Of a stretch of DNA of 64,000 bases, positions 1 through 14,567 are shown piece after piece. The DNA lies in the NCBI GenBank assembly GCA_964016885.1, contig OZ024762.1, positions 25,482,001-25,546,000 on the forward strand, given 5' to 3'. The notes below the pieces were generated by a model, which made no database searches, was not told the origin of the DNA, and saw only the letters and a list, made by a program, of their open reading frames with translations. The stretch is from Eledone cirrhosa. Taxonomy: Eukaryota. How positions within the stretch are numbered: the stretch's first letter is position 1; every line of letters starts with the position of its first letter. A program made the translations under genes and the position numbers.

Positions 1-1100
1 AAACCACCAGCATTATAACTACCACTACCACCACCACTACCATCACAACCACCACCACCACTACCAACACAACTACCACCACCACCAATACTATCACTAC
101 CAATACTACCAACACCACTACCAGCACCAAAACCATCAGCATTATCACTACCACTACCACCACCACTACCATCACAAACACCACCACCACTACCATCACC
201 ACCACCACCACCACCAATACTATCACTACCAATACTACTACCAATACTACCAACACCACTACCAGCACCAAAACGACCAGCATTATAACTACCACTACCA
301 CCACCACCACTACCATCACCACCACTACCATCACCACCACTACCATCACCACCACTGCCATCACCACAACTACCATCACCACCACTACCATCACTACCAC
401 TAACATCACCATCACTACCACCACCACTACCATCACCATCACCATCACTACCACTAACATCACCATCACCACCACTACCACTACCATCACCACCACTACC
501 ATCACCATCACCATCACCATCACTACCAACATCACTACCATCACCACCACCACTATCACCACCATCCCCACCACCACCATCACCACCACTACCGCCACCA
601 CCACTACCATCACCATCACCATCACTACCACTAACATCACCATCACTACCACCACCACTACCATCACCATCACCATCACTACCAACATCACTACCATCAC
701 CACCACTACCACTACCATCACCACCACTACCATCACTACCACCACCACTACCATCACCACCACCATCACTACCATCACTACCACTAACATCACCATCACT
801 ACCACCATCACTACCATCACCACCACTAACATCGCCTCCACCATCTCCACCATCACTACCACCATCACTACTATCACCATCACTACCACGATCGCTGCCA
901 TCACCACCACTACCATCACCACCACCACCATTACCACTATTAACATCACCACCACTACTACCCATCACCCCATCACCCCATCCACCACTACCACCATTAC
1001 CACCACTAACATCACCATCACTACCACCACCACCAATACCACCACTAACATCACCATCACTACCACCACCACCACTACTACACTCAATACCCTCACTATC
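1..1100. repeat. (ACC/ACT/ATC)n trinucleotide low-complexity tract
   Basis: Continuous degenerate ACC/ACT/ATC triplets, with a longer unit repeated at about 1, 130 and 270. Confidence 0.9.
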
Positions 1101-2029
1101 CCCACCCCCAGGAACCCCCCATCCCGCAATTTCCTTGCTTGTAGATTCAATTACGTAACCTCCTTCTCATGTTCACTCTCTCTTGCTCTCTCTTACTCTC
1201 TCTCTCCCTTATCTCTCACTCACTCTCTCTCTTTTTTACTACCTCTTTTACTCTCTCTTTCTCTCTTTCTCACTCTCTCTCTCCCTTCCGTGCCACAAGT
1301 ACTACTGACATAACATCACGTGACGTGACACGTGTTCGTGTAATTCTCAATTTGGTATGGTCAAATCTTCGATGGAATTCGGGAAGGGGGAAAAGAAGGA
1401 AGAGAGAAAGAGGAAGGTGGACAACAGAGAGACACGGTGTGCGTGTATGTGTGAAAGAGACATTGTGTGTATGAAAGAGAGTGTGTGTATGTGAGAGAGA
1501 GATAGAGACTGTATATAAGAGAGAAATAGAGAGATAAAGAGAGTGTATATGTGCGAGAGAGAGAGAGAGAGAGTGTGTGTGTATGTGAGAGAGAGAGTGT
1601 GTAAATGTGAGAGAGAGAGAGTGTATGTGTGAGATAGATAGACAGAGTGTATGTGAGTGAGAGAGAGAGATGGTTTATATATAAAGAGAGAGAGAGAGGG
1701 GAGTTATGTGTGAGAGAGAACTGGAGAGAAAGATAGAGAGAGAGAGATATAGAGAGAGATGAAGGGAGATATAGAGATAGATGGAGAGAGATATATATAG
1801 AGAGAGATGGAGAGAAAGATGGAGAGATATATAGGGAGAGATGGATTATATAAAAGGAGAGAGAGTTATGTGTGCGAGAAAGAGAAATTAATTTCTAATC
1901 CAGTAGAATCTCGTTCTTAAAAAAAGGAGCTAAATAAATAAACAAATATAATAAATAACAATAAAAATATTAATAAAACAAATAGACAATAAAAGACACG
2001 AGGATCTGTCTGTAGATCTTCACCAATAT

Positions 2030-4484
2030 ATTGCTGTTGTGGTTGTTGTTGTTATTGTTGCAGTTATTGTTGGTGGTGTTCTGCTGTTGTTGTGGTTGTT
2101 GTTGTTACTAATGTGGTTTTTGTTGTTGGTGGTGTTGTTATTGTTGTTGTTGGTGGTGTTGTTATTGTTGTTGTTGGTGGTGTTGTTATTGTTGTTGTTG
2201 TGGTTGTTGTTATTGTTGCAGTTGTTGTTGGTGGTGTTGTTATTGCTGTTGTTGTGGTTGTTGTTGTTGTTACAGTTGTTGGTTGGTGTTGTTATTGCTG
2301 TTGTTGTGGTTGTTGTTGTTGTTACTAATGTGGTTTTTGTTGTTGGTGGTGTTGTTATTGTTGTTATTGTTGCAGTTGTTGTTGGTGGTGTTGTTATTGC
2401 TGTTGTGGTTGTTGTTGTTATTGTTGCAGTTGTTGTTGGTGGTGTTGTTATTGCTGTTGTGGTTGTTGTTGTTATTGTTGCAGTTGTTGTTGGTGTTGTT
2501 ATTGTTGTTGTTGTGGTTGTTGTTGTTATTGTTGCAGTTGTTGTTGGTGGTGTTGTTATTTCTGTTGTTGTGGTTGTTGTTGCAGTTGTTGGTTGGTGTT
2601 GTTATTTCTGTTGTTGTGGTTGTTGTTGTTGTTACTAATGTGGTTTTTGTTGTTGGTGGTGTTGTTATTTCTGTTGTTGTGGTTGTTGTTATCGTTGCAG
2701 TTGTTGTTGGTGGTGTTGTTATTGCTGTTGTTGTTATTGGTGTTATTGTTGCAGTTGTTGTTGGTGGTGTTGTTATTGCTGTTGTTGTGGTTGTTGTTAT
2801 TGTTGCAGTTGTTGTTGGTGATGTTGTTATTGTTGTTGTTATTGTTGTTATTGTTGCAGTTGTTGTTGGTGGTGTTGTTATTGCTGTTGTTGTGGTTGTT
2901 GTTATTGTTGCAGTTGTTGTTGGTGATGTTGTTATTGCTGTTGTTGTTGTTGTTATTGTTGCAGTTGTTGTTGGTGGTGTTGTTATTGCTGTTGTTGTGG
3001 TTGTTGTTATTGTTGCAGTTGTTGTTGGTGATGTTGTTATTGCTGTTGTTGTGGTTGTTGTTATTGTTGCAGTTGTTGTTGGTGATGTTGTTATTGCTGT
3101 TGTTATTGTTGTTATTGTTGCAGTTGTTGTTGGTGGTGTTGTTATTGCTGCTGTTGTGGTTGTTATTGTTGCAGTGGTTGTTGGTGGTGTTGTTATTGCT
3201 GTTGTGGTTGTTGTTATTGTTGCAGTTGTTGTAGGTGGTGTTGTTATTGCTGTTGTGGTTGGTGTTGTTAGTGTTGCAGTTGTTGTTGGTGGTGTTGTTA
3301 TTGTTGTGGTTGTGGTTGTTGTTATTGTTGCAGTTGTCGTTGGTGGGGTTGTTATTGCTGTTGTTGTGGTTGTTGTTAGTGTTGCAGTTGTTGTTATTGC
3401 TGTTCTTGTGGTTGTTGTTATTGCTGTTGTTTTGGTTGTTGTTAGTGTTGCAGTTGTTGGTGTTGTTATTGCTGTTGTTGGTGGTGTTGTTATTGTTGTT
3501 GTTGTGGTTGTTATTATTGTTGCAGTTGTTGTTGGTGGTGTTGTTATTGCTGTTGTTGTTATTGTTGTTATTGTTGCAGTTGTTGTTGGTGGTGTTGTTA
3601 TTGCTGTTGTGGTTGTTGTTATTGTTGCAGTTGTTGTTGGTGGTGTTGTTATTGCTGTTGTGGTTGTTGTTGTTAGTGTTGCAGCTGTTGTTGGTGTTGT
3701 TATTGCTGTTGTTGTGGTTGTTGTTATTGTTGCAGTTGTTGTTGGTGGTGTTGTTATTGCTGTTGTTGGTGGTGTTGTTATTGCTGTTGTTGGTGGTGGT
3801 GGTGTTGTTATTGCTGTTGTTGTGGTCGTTGTTATTGTTGCAGTTGTTGTTGGTGGTGTTGTTATTGCTGTTGTTGTGGTTGTTATTGATGTTGTTGTGG
3901 TTGTTGTTATTGTTGCAGTTGTTGTTGGTGGCGGTGTTATTGCTGTTGCTGTTATTGTTGTGGTTGTATTTGGTATTAGTGCTATGGTCATTGTTACTAA
4001 TGTGGTCTTGGTATTTGTTGTTGGTGTTGTTGTGGTTGGTATTAGTGTCGTAGTTGTTGTTATTGCTGTTTTTATTGTTTCTTGTGTTGTTGTTGTTGTT
4101 TTTATTGTTATTGTTTTTATTGTTGGTATTAGTGCTGTTGTTGTTGGTGTTGCTGTTATTGCTGTTGGTATGGTTGGTATTAGTGTTGGTGTTGTTGTTA
4201 TGGTTGGTAATAGTGGTGTGGTTGTTGTTATTGTTACTGGTGTCGTTTTTGTTGTTGTTATTATTGGTGTTGTTGTTGTGGTTAGTATTAGTGTTGTGGT
4301 TGTTGTTACTTTTACTAACGTGCTTTTGGTTTGTCGGTGTTGTTATTGGTATTGTTGCTGTTTTTAATGTTACTAATGTAGCTTTTGTTGTTAGTGTTGT
4401 TGCTGATATTATTGTTGTTGTGTTTTCTTTGTTCTTTTTGTTATTGTTGCCGTTATTCTTATTTGTGTTAATGTTTATTGCTGC

Positions 4485-4515
<31 letters not shown>

Positions 4516-4630
4516 ATTGCTACTCTTGTTGCTGTTACTGTTGTTGTTGTTGCTGTTGTTGTTGCTGATATGGTTACTCTTATTGTTGTTGTTGCTCTTA
4601 TTGTTATTGTCGTTGGTATTGTTACTGCTG
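2030..4630. repeat. (GTT)n-based compound microsatellite with a ~50-nt higher-order unit
   Basis: Unit GTTATTGTTGCAGTTGTTGTTGGTGGTGTTGTTATTGCTGTTGTTGTG recurs throughout; long ORFs in several frames reflect the lack of stop codons. Confidence 0.9.
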
Positions 4631-4716
4631 TTATTTTATATTAACGTCAGGTTAGGTTTTTGAGAATATGTCATCATTGTTATATTTGATGTAGGCAAGT
4701 GTTTGTGTAAAAAAAA

Positions 4717-4925
4717 GGCGGGGAGATTGGCGCAGTGGTCAGGAGGTTGGGATAGATTGATTTGCAACATCCAATCCAGCTATCTGCGATCGAAGTTCAA
4801 ATCCAACCGATGTCACCATTTTTTTTTTACTGATTCTCCAGATTGGAGAGGAGAGAAAAGCAATATCGATGACCCCTTACGCCGTTTATCTGACTAGTGT
4901 GATGGAAAGGGCACGGACTGTATTC
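4717..4925 (+). mobile_element. tRNA-derived SINE
   Basis: A-box-like TGGCGCAGTGG and B-box GTTCAAATCC, followed by a non-tRNA body. Confidence 0.6.
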
Positions 4926-4936
4926 TTTAGAAATAT

Positions 4937-5031
<95 letters not shown>

Positions 5032-5149
5032 TGATGTATATGGGCATGTAGGCAGGCGTCTGTGTATGAGTATGTCTATAGTTGTATATGTGCTCATTAA
5101 AATTGTGTGTATAGCGGGAGTCTAGGCGTACGGATGTTGTTATCTATGT

Positions 5150-5236
<87 letters not shown>

Positions 5237-5289
5237 CGTGTGTGTGTGCGTGTGTGCGCGCGTGTGTATATGTGTGTGTGAGTGCGCGC

Positions 5290-6575
<1,286 letters not shown>

Positions 6576-7019
6576 GGGAGCTTCCAACAGAAATGGTCGC
6601 ATTCTTTAAGGGTATGTCAATATTTATTTATAATACTGATCTATATTATATTTTATCTAATGAAAGCACACCATAATTTAACTTGGTGTCCTTGACATAT
6701 GTATAATGAAATAAATATGGTTTTATAAATATAGTTTCCATTTGTTAATATATCGTATTTTTACTTCAATAATTTGTTAAGTGCTTTATATCAGTTATAA
6801 AAATATTTGCTTGTTGTATCCCAACAATTTAAATAGAACTACATATATATATATATAAGCTATGAATTATTTAATTTGTTGATTATTCAAGGGTACCAAA
6901 ATTTGATTATTTCAAGGGTTCCTACATTCTGATACGCTCTCATTAGATAAAACACAAAAGTTGGTTTACAGATAGTGACATATTGAAACTATAAATTAAT
7001 GTTGTTCTATTTGAATAGT

Positions 7020-7150
7020 CAAGGAACAGAAATCGGAAATGCAACTGAAGTCTTTTTAAGAATATTTATTTGTTTCCTTTACCGGTTTCATAGTTTTTGT
7101 GCTTTTCAAAAGTAGAATTGAGATGAAGGGTTTGTAGTTTTTTCTTGCAC
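7020..7150 (-). mobile_element. PLE pLTR fragment (U3-A8 HHR family), diverged
   Basis: Homologous to 13430-13560; minus strand reads CTT-TTGAAAA-..-GAAA-CCGG-TA-AAG at 7076-7112. Confidence 0.65.
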
Positions 7151-7534
7151 ACATACACACACACACTCACATACACACACACATGTATCTGTGTGTGTGT
7201 GTGTGTGTGTGTATCCCGGGTTCAATCGGGGGTATATATATAAATAAATCGAAGTTTGAAAGCCACGTCAATGGGAAAGGGACGTATAAACAAGTCGGAT
7301 GAAACAAGATGTTATCTGTTTTTTTACCTGATTTATTTATGTCCTGATATTTCGAGATTAAGAACTCTTCACAGGAAAATGAAACGAATTAATCCAGTGT
7401 CCGATGAAGCGCGCTATACCCTGCTGATGGAGGTGGTTTATATATACACACACACATACATATATATATATATACATATATATATATACTATATATAAAT
7501 GAAAATATATAAATGAAAATATATATATATAATA

Positions 7535-8284
7535 TAATATAAAATCAAAAGATGGTTAAAAGAGTTCCAAGTATTTTATTATGAGCATTTCAAAAACAAA
7601 TATCATCATGGGATGATATTTGCGTTCTCATCAGATAAAATAGGGAGACATGATATGAAGCTTAAAAAACACTTGCGAGCAGTGGAGTGTTAAATCAACA
7701 TATGAAAAATAAAATAAGATGGGTATATTAGATTGGGAAAAAAAAGGGAAGGAAAAGGAAAGGAAGGGGAGGAAAAAATATAATAATAAGGAAAGGATGA
7801 CGGAGGAGGAGTATAAGAAGGAAGGATGAGAGAGGGGGGAGGAGAAAATTAGTGAGTGAGAGAGAGATACCCTTCAATACTGAGAAACACTGTCTCACAG
7901 AGAGAAATAAAAAAAAAACCGATGTTAGATAATACATAATTTAAAAAAATGTTGAAATTAAAAGTTAATGAGGTTTATGAATGGTGATGTTTATGATTAA
8001 AGAAAAAAGGAATTAAGAATAGTATTTATTTAAGGTTTATATATTGAAGGGTTTAATAATATGTGTGAAAAGGAATTTATTAAAATGTATTATTAAAATA
8101 AAATATATTAAGAAGATAAGGTTAATGAAGATAAGGTTAAATGAATTATGAACTTAGAGGAATTAATTAGGGTCCAAGTTTGTTTCTATATATTGTAATA
8201 GGAAAAAGTAAATAATAGGTTTAATACGAGCTACTTATCCGATATTTGCATTGCTTTATTGTGCTACAATAAAACTCACCTCCT

Positions 8285-8288
<4 letters not shown>
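7535..8288 (-). mobile_element. 5'-truncated PLE 3' end with inverted pLTR piece
   Basis: 7535-7715 matches 19650-19820; 8228-8288 is the reverse complement of 19563-19620; flanked by (TA)n. Confidence 0.7.
7572..7642 (-). ncRNA. Type I hammerhead ribozyme
   Basis: TATTTTAT-CTGATGA-long hairpin-GAAA-TGCTCA-TA-ATAAAATA. Confidence 0.75.
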
Positions 8289-8327
<39 letters not shown>

Positions 8328-8446
8328 ACACACGCCTGAAAACACAAAATAAACGTAATGATAGTCTATCACTGTAAATAATAGCTGATCATTTCTCAAT
8401 TGATATATTCTTGTATATCGTTTAAAAATGTATTACACACGCACAG

Positions 8447-8540
<94 letters not shown>

Positions 8541-8846
8541 GAAATAGCTGTGTAGTTGCTATTTAAGGTCACTTAAAATGCAGTGGCAATACGAAGAAAG
8601 CAAGAACAGGGGGGTCCTCATCAGTTGTCTACTGGGGGTCTCGGATATTTCTATGCTTTAAAGACGATATATCTCACCCCAGGGCGTCAATAGCTGGGTA
8701 AGTTATTGGGAAAACGGAGGAGGGAGGGAAGGAAAGCAAAAGGGAAGAAAAGAGAAAACAGTAAAAAAATGTATATATTTTTGTCGATCGACTTTCGTCA
8801 AATCGGACCGACGAAACAATGTTTCCGTTGGTCTTTGCAATTGCGA

Positions 8847-8884
<38 letters not shown>

Positions 8885-8945
8885 GTATACTAGTATATGT
8901 ATGTACGTGTGTGTGTGTGTGTGTTTATTTATGTATACTTTAGAG

Positions 8946-9128
8946 CAGGCATGTCAAACGGGGCTTCCCCCGAGGGCCACATGGGTCACACGTGTTGTCT
9001 GAGGGCCCCACGACAACTAATTGCGGACATTAAAACTGTTTTTACGAATATAAAACATGCTCGAGCTGTAAAAAACTTTGTGCGGGCCGCAGGTGTGCTC
9101 GTAGAGAGCCGAATGTTTGACATGCCTG
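8946..9128. mobile_element. hAT (Charlie-like) MITE
   Basis: Perfect 14-bp TIR CAGGCATGTCAAAC; 8-bp TSD CTTTAGAG/CTCTAGAG. Confidence 0.9.
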
Positions 9129-10136
9129 CTCTAGAGAGAAGCTAGTAGATATTGAGCTATTGAAAAATGTCCCAGTCGGAACTGTAAATGTTAATGTCTG
9201 ATATTATAAATAAACAAATGAGTTGACAATATTGTAACTTTGATCAAGGAATTCCTTGATTTATTGACGCAGTTTCGTAAAACTGGTTCTTTAGCCACTA
9301 ATCCATCTCTTTTGATATTTCCATTGAGTTATAGAACAAACAGAAAGCCACAGAATAAAGCAGAAATACCCAGTTGCCGCTGCTTTGCGATCTCTTCCGT
9401 TTGTTCTCGAAATAATTGGTGGATATTTTTTTATTTGTTCAATAAATATTTTCCTTCTATTTGGTTGAGAGAGGAGAATGGTGGCAGAGAGGAGGGTGAG
9501 AGAGGGTGAGAGGGAAGAGGAGAATGAGAGAGGATGAGAGAGAAGAGGAGCATGAAGGTAAGGAAGGGGGTGAAGGAGAAGGATGAGGATGAGAGAAAAA
9601 AGGCGATGAAAGTAAACAAGAGGAGAGAAGAGTATGATGAGAGAGAAGGGGGAGAGAAGAAGGGAAGGAGAGAGAAGAGGGTGACGGAAGAAGAGTTTTA
9701 GCGAGAAGGGGATGAGAGCAAAGAGAAGGAGAGCGAAGGGAAGGAGGGAGAAGGGAAGGAGAGAGAAGAAGAGGAGAAGAACAAAGAAGAAGGGGAGAAC
9801 AAAGAAGAAGAGGAGAGAGAAGAAGAGGAAGAGAAAACAAATAAAATTATATTATTACAAATTTTCCAGTGTTTATATTGGACCGGAAACCATCCAGCCG
9901 TTGGTTTAAGATGTTGCTATTGCTGTTGCTGTTGTTGTTCTTGTTATTCTTGTTGATGTTGCTGCTGTTGTTGTTGTTGTTGTTGTTGCTATTTTTATTT
10001 GTTTTGTTTTTGTTTTTTCAGCCCCAGGTCAGCTCTGATGCAGCCCACACATTTCCCATTTTGTTCCAGCCTTGATCATACATTTCAACAACAACAACAC
10101 TAACTTGATTACCACCAACACCACCACCACCACCAC

Positions 10137-10220
<84 letters not shown>

Positions 10221-10519
10221 CTTGATTACCACCAACACCACCGCCACAACCACCACCGCCGCCACCAACACAAAACAGCAACAGCAACAACAACAACAAC
10301 AACACTAACTTGATTACCACCGCCACCACCACCACAACCACCGCCACCAACCCCACCACCAACACAAAACAACAACAGCAACAACAACAACAACACTAAC
10401 TTGATTACCACCACCAACAACAACAGCAGCAGCAACAACAACAACAACACTATCATGATTTCTACCACCACCACGATCAACCACAATACTACCAATAACA
10501 ACTACACTACCATTATCTC

Positions 10520-11690
10520 ACCAAGATGGAACGCATGCTCTTCCAGGAGATCCACTGCTGTCAACATCCTTTCAGCGGAGGGCTGGGCATGCGCTGAGGC
10601 TACGGCATCTACAGGTATTCCTCACCGACCAACAGGTGTGGGACCCATTTGTGAGACAGGCCTTCCCACAACTTGTCTCGCTGACGGAGCTGCAGTCCTG
10701 GGTCAAGTGAAGACCGAAGAAAATGGGCGTCTGGCACATTCAATGTGCCGAGGTGCTCACAGTCCTCTGTCAAGCGGGCAGAGCAATCACTGGAGACTTC
10801 ACTTCGACATTCTATAGACGGTTAGCACTTTACAAGTGCGACGACGTACTCGGGGAAACTCTAGGCGTCGAAGATGGCCAACTTACCAGTCTGTTCGGTA
10901 GGAATTTCCGCCCGGGACCTATGGACAACTTCCAGAGGTCCCTGGCCTTGCACTGCTACCGAGGAGCTCTACCAGTTCGTGACAAGATCTACAGGCACGG
11001 ACACCCCTGCAGGGAACCTTCCAAGAGGATGTGTCTAAGATGCGAGCAGGACATTGAAACCGTCCTGCACGCAATTGTACACTGCCCAGGCGTAAGAGAC
11101 ATGTGGAACTATGCAGAACAACTGCTGTCGCGTATGGGACAAATCCAGTTGACTGCCGAGTCCATAGTAAGGAACAAACTGCGAGCCTCTTTCAAAAATG
11201 AAAGATAGGCGGCTTTCCTCTGTACAGTGGCTATGGTGAAAGAGGTTATGTGGTGGACGAAATTGAGAGGACTGAGGACAGATGCCTTTCTCTCCGGACA
11301 CCAACTCATTCCCTTCTTTAGGTATCACTTTAGAAGGAGAACCGGAGTGGAGAGAGAGGCACTGCACTCCAGTAAATTTACTGAAAGGTGGGTGAATGAA
11401 GCGAAAATGGCTCGAGTGATTGGGCCTTCTCTGTTTATAAGCCTGTAGGTTAAAGAAGAGAGCAAAAGAAAGAAGGGAGCACTTGCACAACACGCTCCTG
11501 AAGTTGAGGGTTGTTCTATCGACAGTGTATTAAACAACCCATTTGTGGCGCCTCCCCACTATTGGGCATTTCGATTGTTATAATTGTTTGTTTCAATATT
11601 TTTACACGACGGTATGTAAAATCCCCGGCATGTGTCTTTGTATTGTCCCCTTTTCTTTTGCGCCCTTGTGGCAAATAAAGAAATATATCA
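10520..11690 (+). mobile_element. 5'-truncated Tx1/L1-clade LINE (ORF2 C-terminus with zinc finger, plus 3' UTR)
   Basis: ALPVRDKIYRHG..CLRCEQDIETVLHAIVHCP motif; homologous to 31300-32520; frameshifts and stops. Confidence 0.85.
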
Positions 11691-12129
11691 TTATTTCTAC
11701 CACCACCAACAACAACAAATTCAACACCACCACTAACAACAACACCACCACCATCACTGCCACAATCATCACCACCACAACAACAACACTATCATGAAAC
11801 AACCTTCAGAAAGCGGGAGGGAGAAAGTGAGAGAGGGATAGAGGGCAGAGGTGGAAAAGAGGGAGAGAGTAGAAAAGTGAGAGGAAGATTAAGAGAAGAA
11901 TAACAGAGAGAGAGAGTGAGGCAGGGAGAGAGAGGGATAGAGCGGGAAAGAGAGGGGGGAGAGTAGGAAAGAGAGAGAGCGGGAGAGAGAGAAAGGGGAG
12001 AGAGAAAGAAAGAGAGAGAGAGAAAGAGAGAGAAGAATCGATGCCAATATTGGAGTAAAAATAATTCTAAAGTCTGTCTCGAACCCAAGAGTTGATCAGG
12101 TCGATGCCTATCTCGATGCTTATCTCGGA

Positions 12130-12490
12130 GTACAACGATCCTTCTTTCGGGACAGGACGGCAGTCCATCGCAGGGTTAACTTCCCAGCTTCGGCAGAAAA
12201 AACATTTCCTTTTCAGCTTAATATACTGGAGCAATGGGAATGAAATGTTTTGCTCTAGAGCAAAAGAGTGTCTGGGATCCCATGTAAAAACAGAATATAT
12301 TTATATTACGACCATATAATTGTATTAGATTTTGGGGTTCCCCAAAATGATTCTGAAGCAAAAATGTTTCCGCGTTTGAAAACGTTTGGGGATCCCTGCT
12401 CTAGAAGAGAACTCAACACCCAAGCCAGAAATCGAACCTATGAGATTATGATCGTAAATCCAACACACATTACTACTCGGCCCTGTTTAT
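12130..12490 (-). mobile_element. tRNA-derived SINE interrupted by a hAT MITE (12261-12398)
   Basis: Reverse-complement B-box near 12430; insert bounded by CTCTAGAG/CTCTAGAA and ending GTTTGGGGATCCCTG. Confidence 0.6.
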
Positions 12491-13154
12491 TTAGCAAACG
12501 GGGGCTGAAGGGTTAAATTGACACTAATGGGTTTTCAAATTCACAACACTACACACAACCGAGCCGGGGAATCGAACCCACTAGATTATAATCGCAAATC
12601 CAATACATATACCACTCCTCCACGTTCATTTATCGAATGGAAAAAAGGGGCTGAGAGGTTAATTGGACTCCGGAATCGAACCCACTACAAATACCACGCG
12701 ACCACGTTTTATTTATCGGACGTAAATAAAGGGACTGAAAGGTTAAGATTTTAAACTCCGAGCCGAGCCCCAAAAGTGTGAATTAATGCTGCAAGGCAAT
12801 CAATCCAACGAACAAACGATTTGTCAATTCCTGGTCGTAAGGTGTGAAGATAGAAATTGCAATAAATCTTATTTAGATTGAAATTTAAACAGAAGAAAAA
12901 AGGAAATTAGAAGAAATAGTGTTAAGACAGTTGATTAAAGCAGCTGCAACGATATTAACCTCAGACACACATTTGTGATTGTTGATCAGAATGTGTAAGA
13001 TTTCTCCTGCTGCGTAGAACTTGGAAGCTATTCATATATGTATGTATGTGTGTCTGTGTGTGTGTGTGTAAAAGGTAAACAGAAATAGCAACACAATCGG
13101 TACAGAATATGGCAGGAAAATATTAGGTTAATGGTTGAAATAACAGGAAGAGGG

Positions 13155-13190
13155 CCTTAACGTTTCAGGCGCTAGTCCTTCGTCAGAAGA
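13155..13190 (-). ncRNA. Minimal type I hammerhead ribozyme in a PLE pLTR remnant
   Basis: TCTT-CTGACGA-AGG..CCT-GAAA-CG-TT-AAGG; palindromic AACGTT across stem III. Confidence 0.75.
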
Positions 13191-13293
13191 AAGAATGAGA
13201 AATTAGAAAGATTCAAGGGATGGGCGGGGTGGAATTGGAAAAAAAGTTATTACAGAAAAATAACAGATCCATGCATGTCGACATCTCTTGGAA

Positions 13294-13339
<46 letters not shown>

Positions 13340-13410
13340 GTGAGGTTTTTTTTGTTTTTTTTCTTTTTTACAAAATGAAAAATAACCGAGGTGTCCTACA
13401 CGAGTGGAAG

Positions 13411-13713
13411 TATAAAGAAAAAGGGATGAAATCGAAAATGCAACTGAAGTCTTATTTTTTTTTTTTAAATATATATATTTATTTGGTTCCTTTACCGGTT
13501 TCGCAGTTCTTCTGCTTTTCAAAAGGTGAGTTGAGATGGAGGGTCTGTGGTTTTTCTCACATCTGATGTGAGAAAAACCACAGACCCTCCATCTCAACTC
13601 ACCTTTTGAAAAGCAGAAGAACTGCGAAACCGGTAAAGGAACCAAATAAATATATATATTTAAAAAAAAAAAATAAGACTTCAGTTGCATTTTCGATTTC
13701 ATCCCTTTTTCTT

Positions 13714-13717
<4 letters not shown>
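13411..13717. repeat. Perfect palindrome (153-bp arms, 1-nt spacer) of a PLE pLTR
   Basis: Centre at 13564 (CTCACATC-T-GATGTGAG); arms are reverse complements by inspection. Confidence 0.9.
13602..13639 (+). ncRNA. Type I hammerhead with a U3-A8 core (mirror copy on - at 13489-13526)
   Basis: CCTT-TTGAAAA-GCAG/CTGC-GAAA-CCGG-TA-AAGG; stems I and II pair, stem III is the palindrome ACCGGT. Confidence 0.75.
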
Positions 13718-13744
<27 letters not shown>

Positions 13745-13745
13745 A

Positions 13746-14293
13746 TGGTGGCTGCCAACTCGTTTTCGAGTACGGCCACTACTTTATATCCATGTAGGAG
13801 AACCACTACCTATGCGCTGAACAAGTGTGACTTTTTAGTCCAGCCAGCAACTTGAAAACTCTGGTACAAACACTACACCTGTGACAATTATTGACACATA
13901 GTGCTGGGCCCTTGGTACCATGTGACGACAAGTGCAGAGAGATCTCCAGATATAAAGCAATGCCTGTGCCGTGAAGCTTTTATAGTGAGCAAAGGCACTG
14001 CACCAAGCCAGTCCCACTCTCTTAACCAAGATGATATTTACCAAAAAGAAGAAGTCAACATCATTGGATACCATCAGGGTTGCAGGTGTTATATCAGAGT
14101 TTTCCTTCTCCTAGAATTCTGCCTTGACAAAGGCTAAGGGGTCATCTCTCCCGGTGATTTTGGATGGCCATTGACTCTTAAGAGCTCCTTTGCCCTTTGA
14201 CAAGTTTTGTTTTCAGTCCTGCAGGATGTCCAAAGTCACCCTCCTCACCAAGAAACCTTGGTGGGGTTGTCAGTTTAGTCGCCAACGACCCGA

Positions 14294-14296
<3 letters not shown>
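13746..14296 (-). mobile_element. Non-autonomous RTE-derived retroelement (copy 1)
   Basis: Reverse-complement match to 43317-43872; ends in a C2H2-like reading and a (TATG)n-type tail. Confidence 0.6.
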
Positions 14297-14371
<75 letters not shown>

Positions 14372-14392
14372 ATATTTATATTTGAATATATT

Positions 14393-14472
<80 letters not shown>

Positions 14473-14477
14473 CGTGC

Positions 14478-14545
<68 letters not shown>

Positions 14546-14567
14546 ATGTATGAAGAAAATTAGTTAA

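Noticed and set aside
2270-3991. 573-aa Thr/Pro-rich mucin-like ORF and the opposite-strand Val/Leu ORFs
   Set aside because: Translation of an (AAC)n-derived repeat; the unit shifts frame into poly-Asn, and there is no signal peptide, domain or splice support.
4717-4820. tRNA gene
   Set aside because: A and B boxes are present but there is no cloverleaf; treated as a SINE head, as are the other tRNA-like heads.
7340-7378. Minus-strand GTGAAGA..GAAA-TA-TC HHR-like motif
   Set aside because: Core position 3 is unpaired and stem II is weak; probably a decayed pLTR, so it was not counted.
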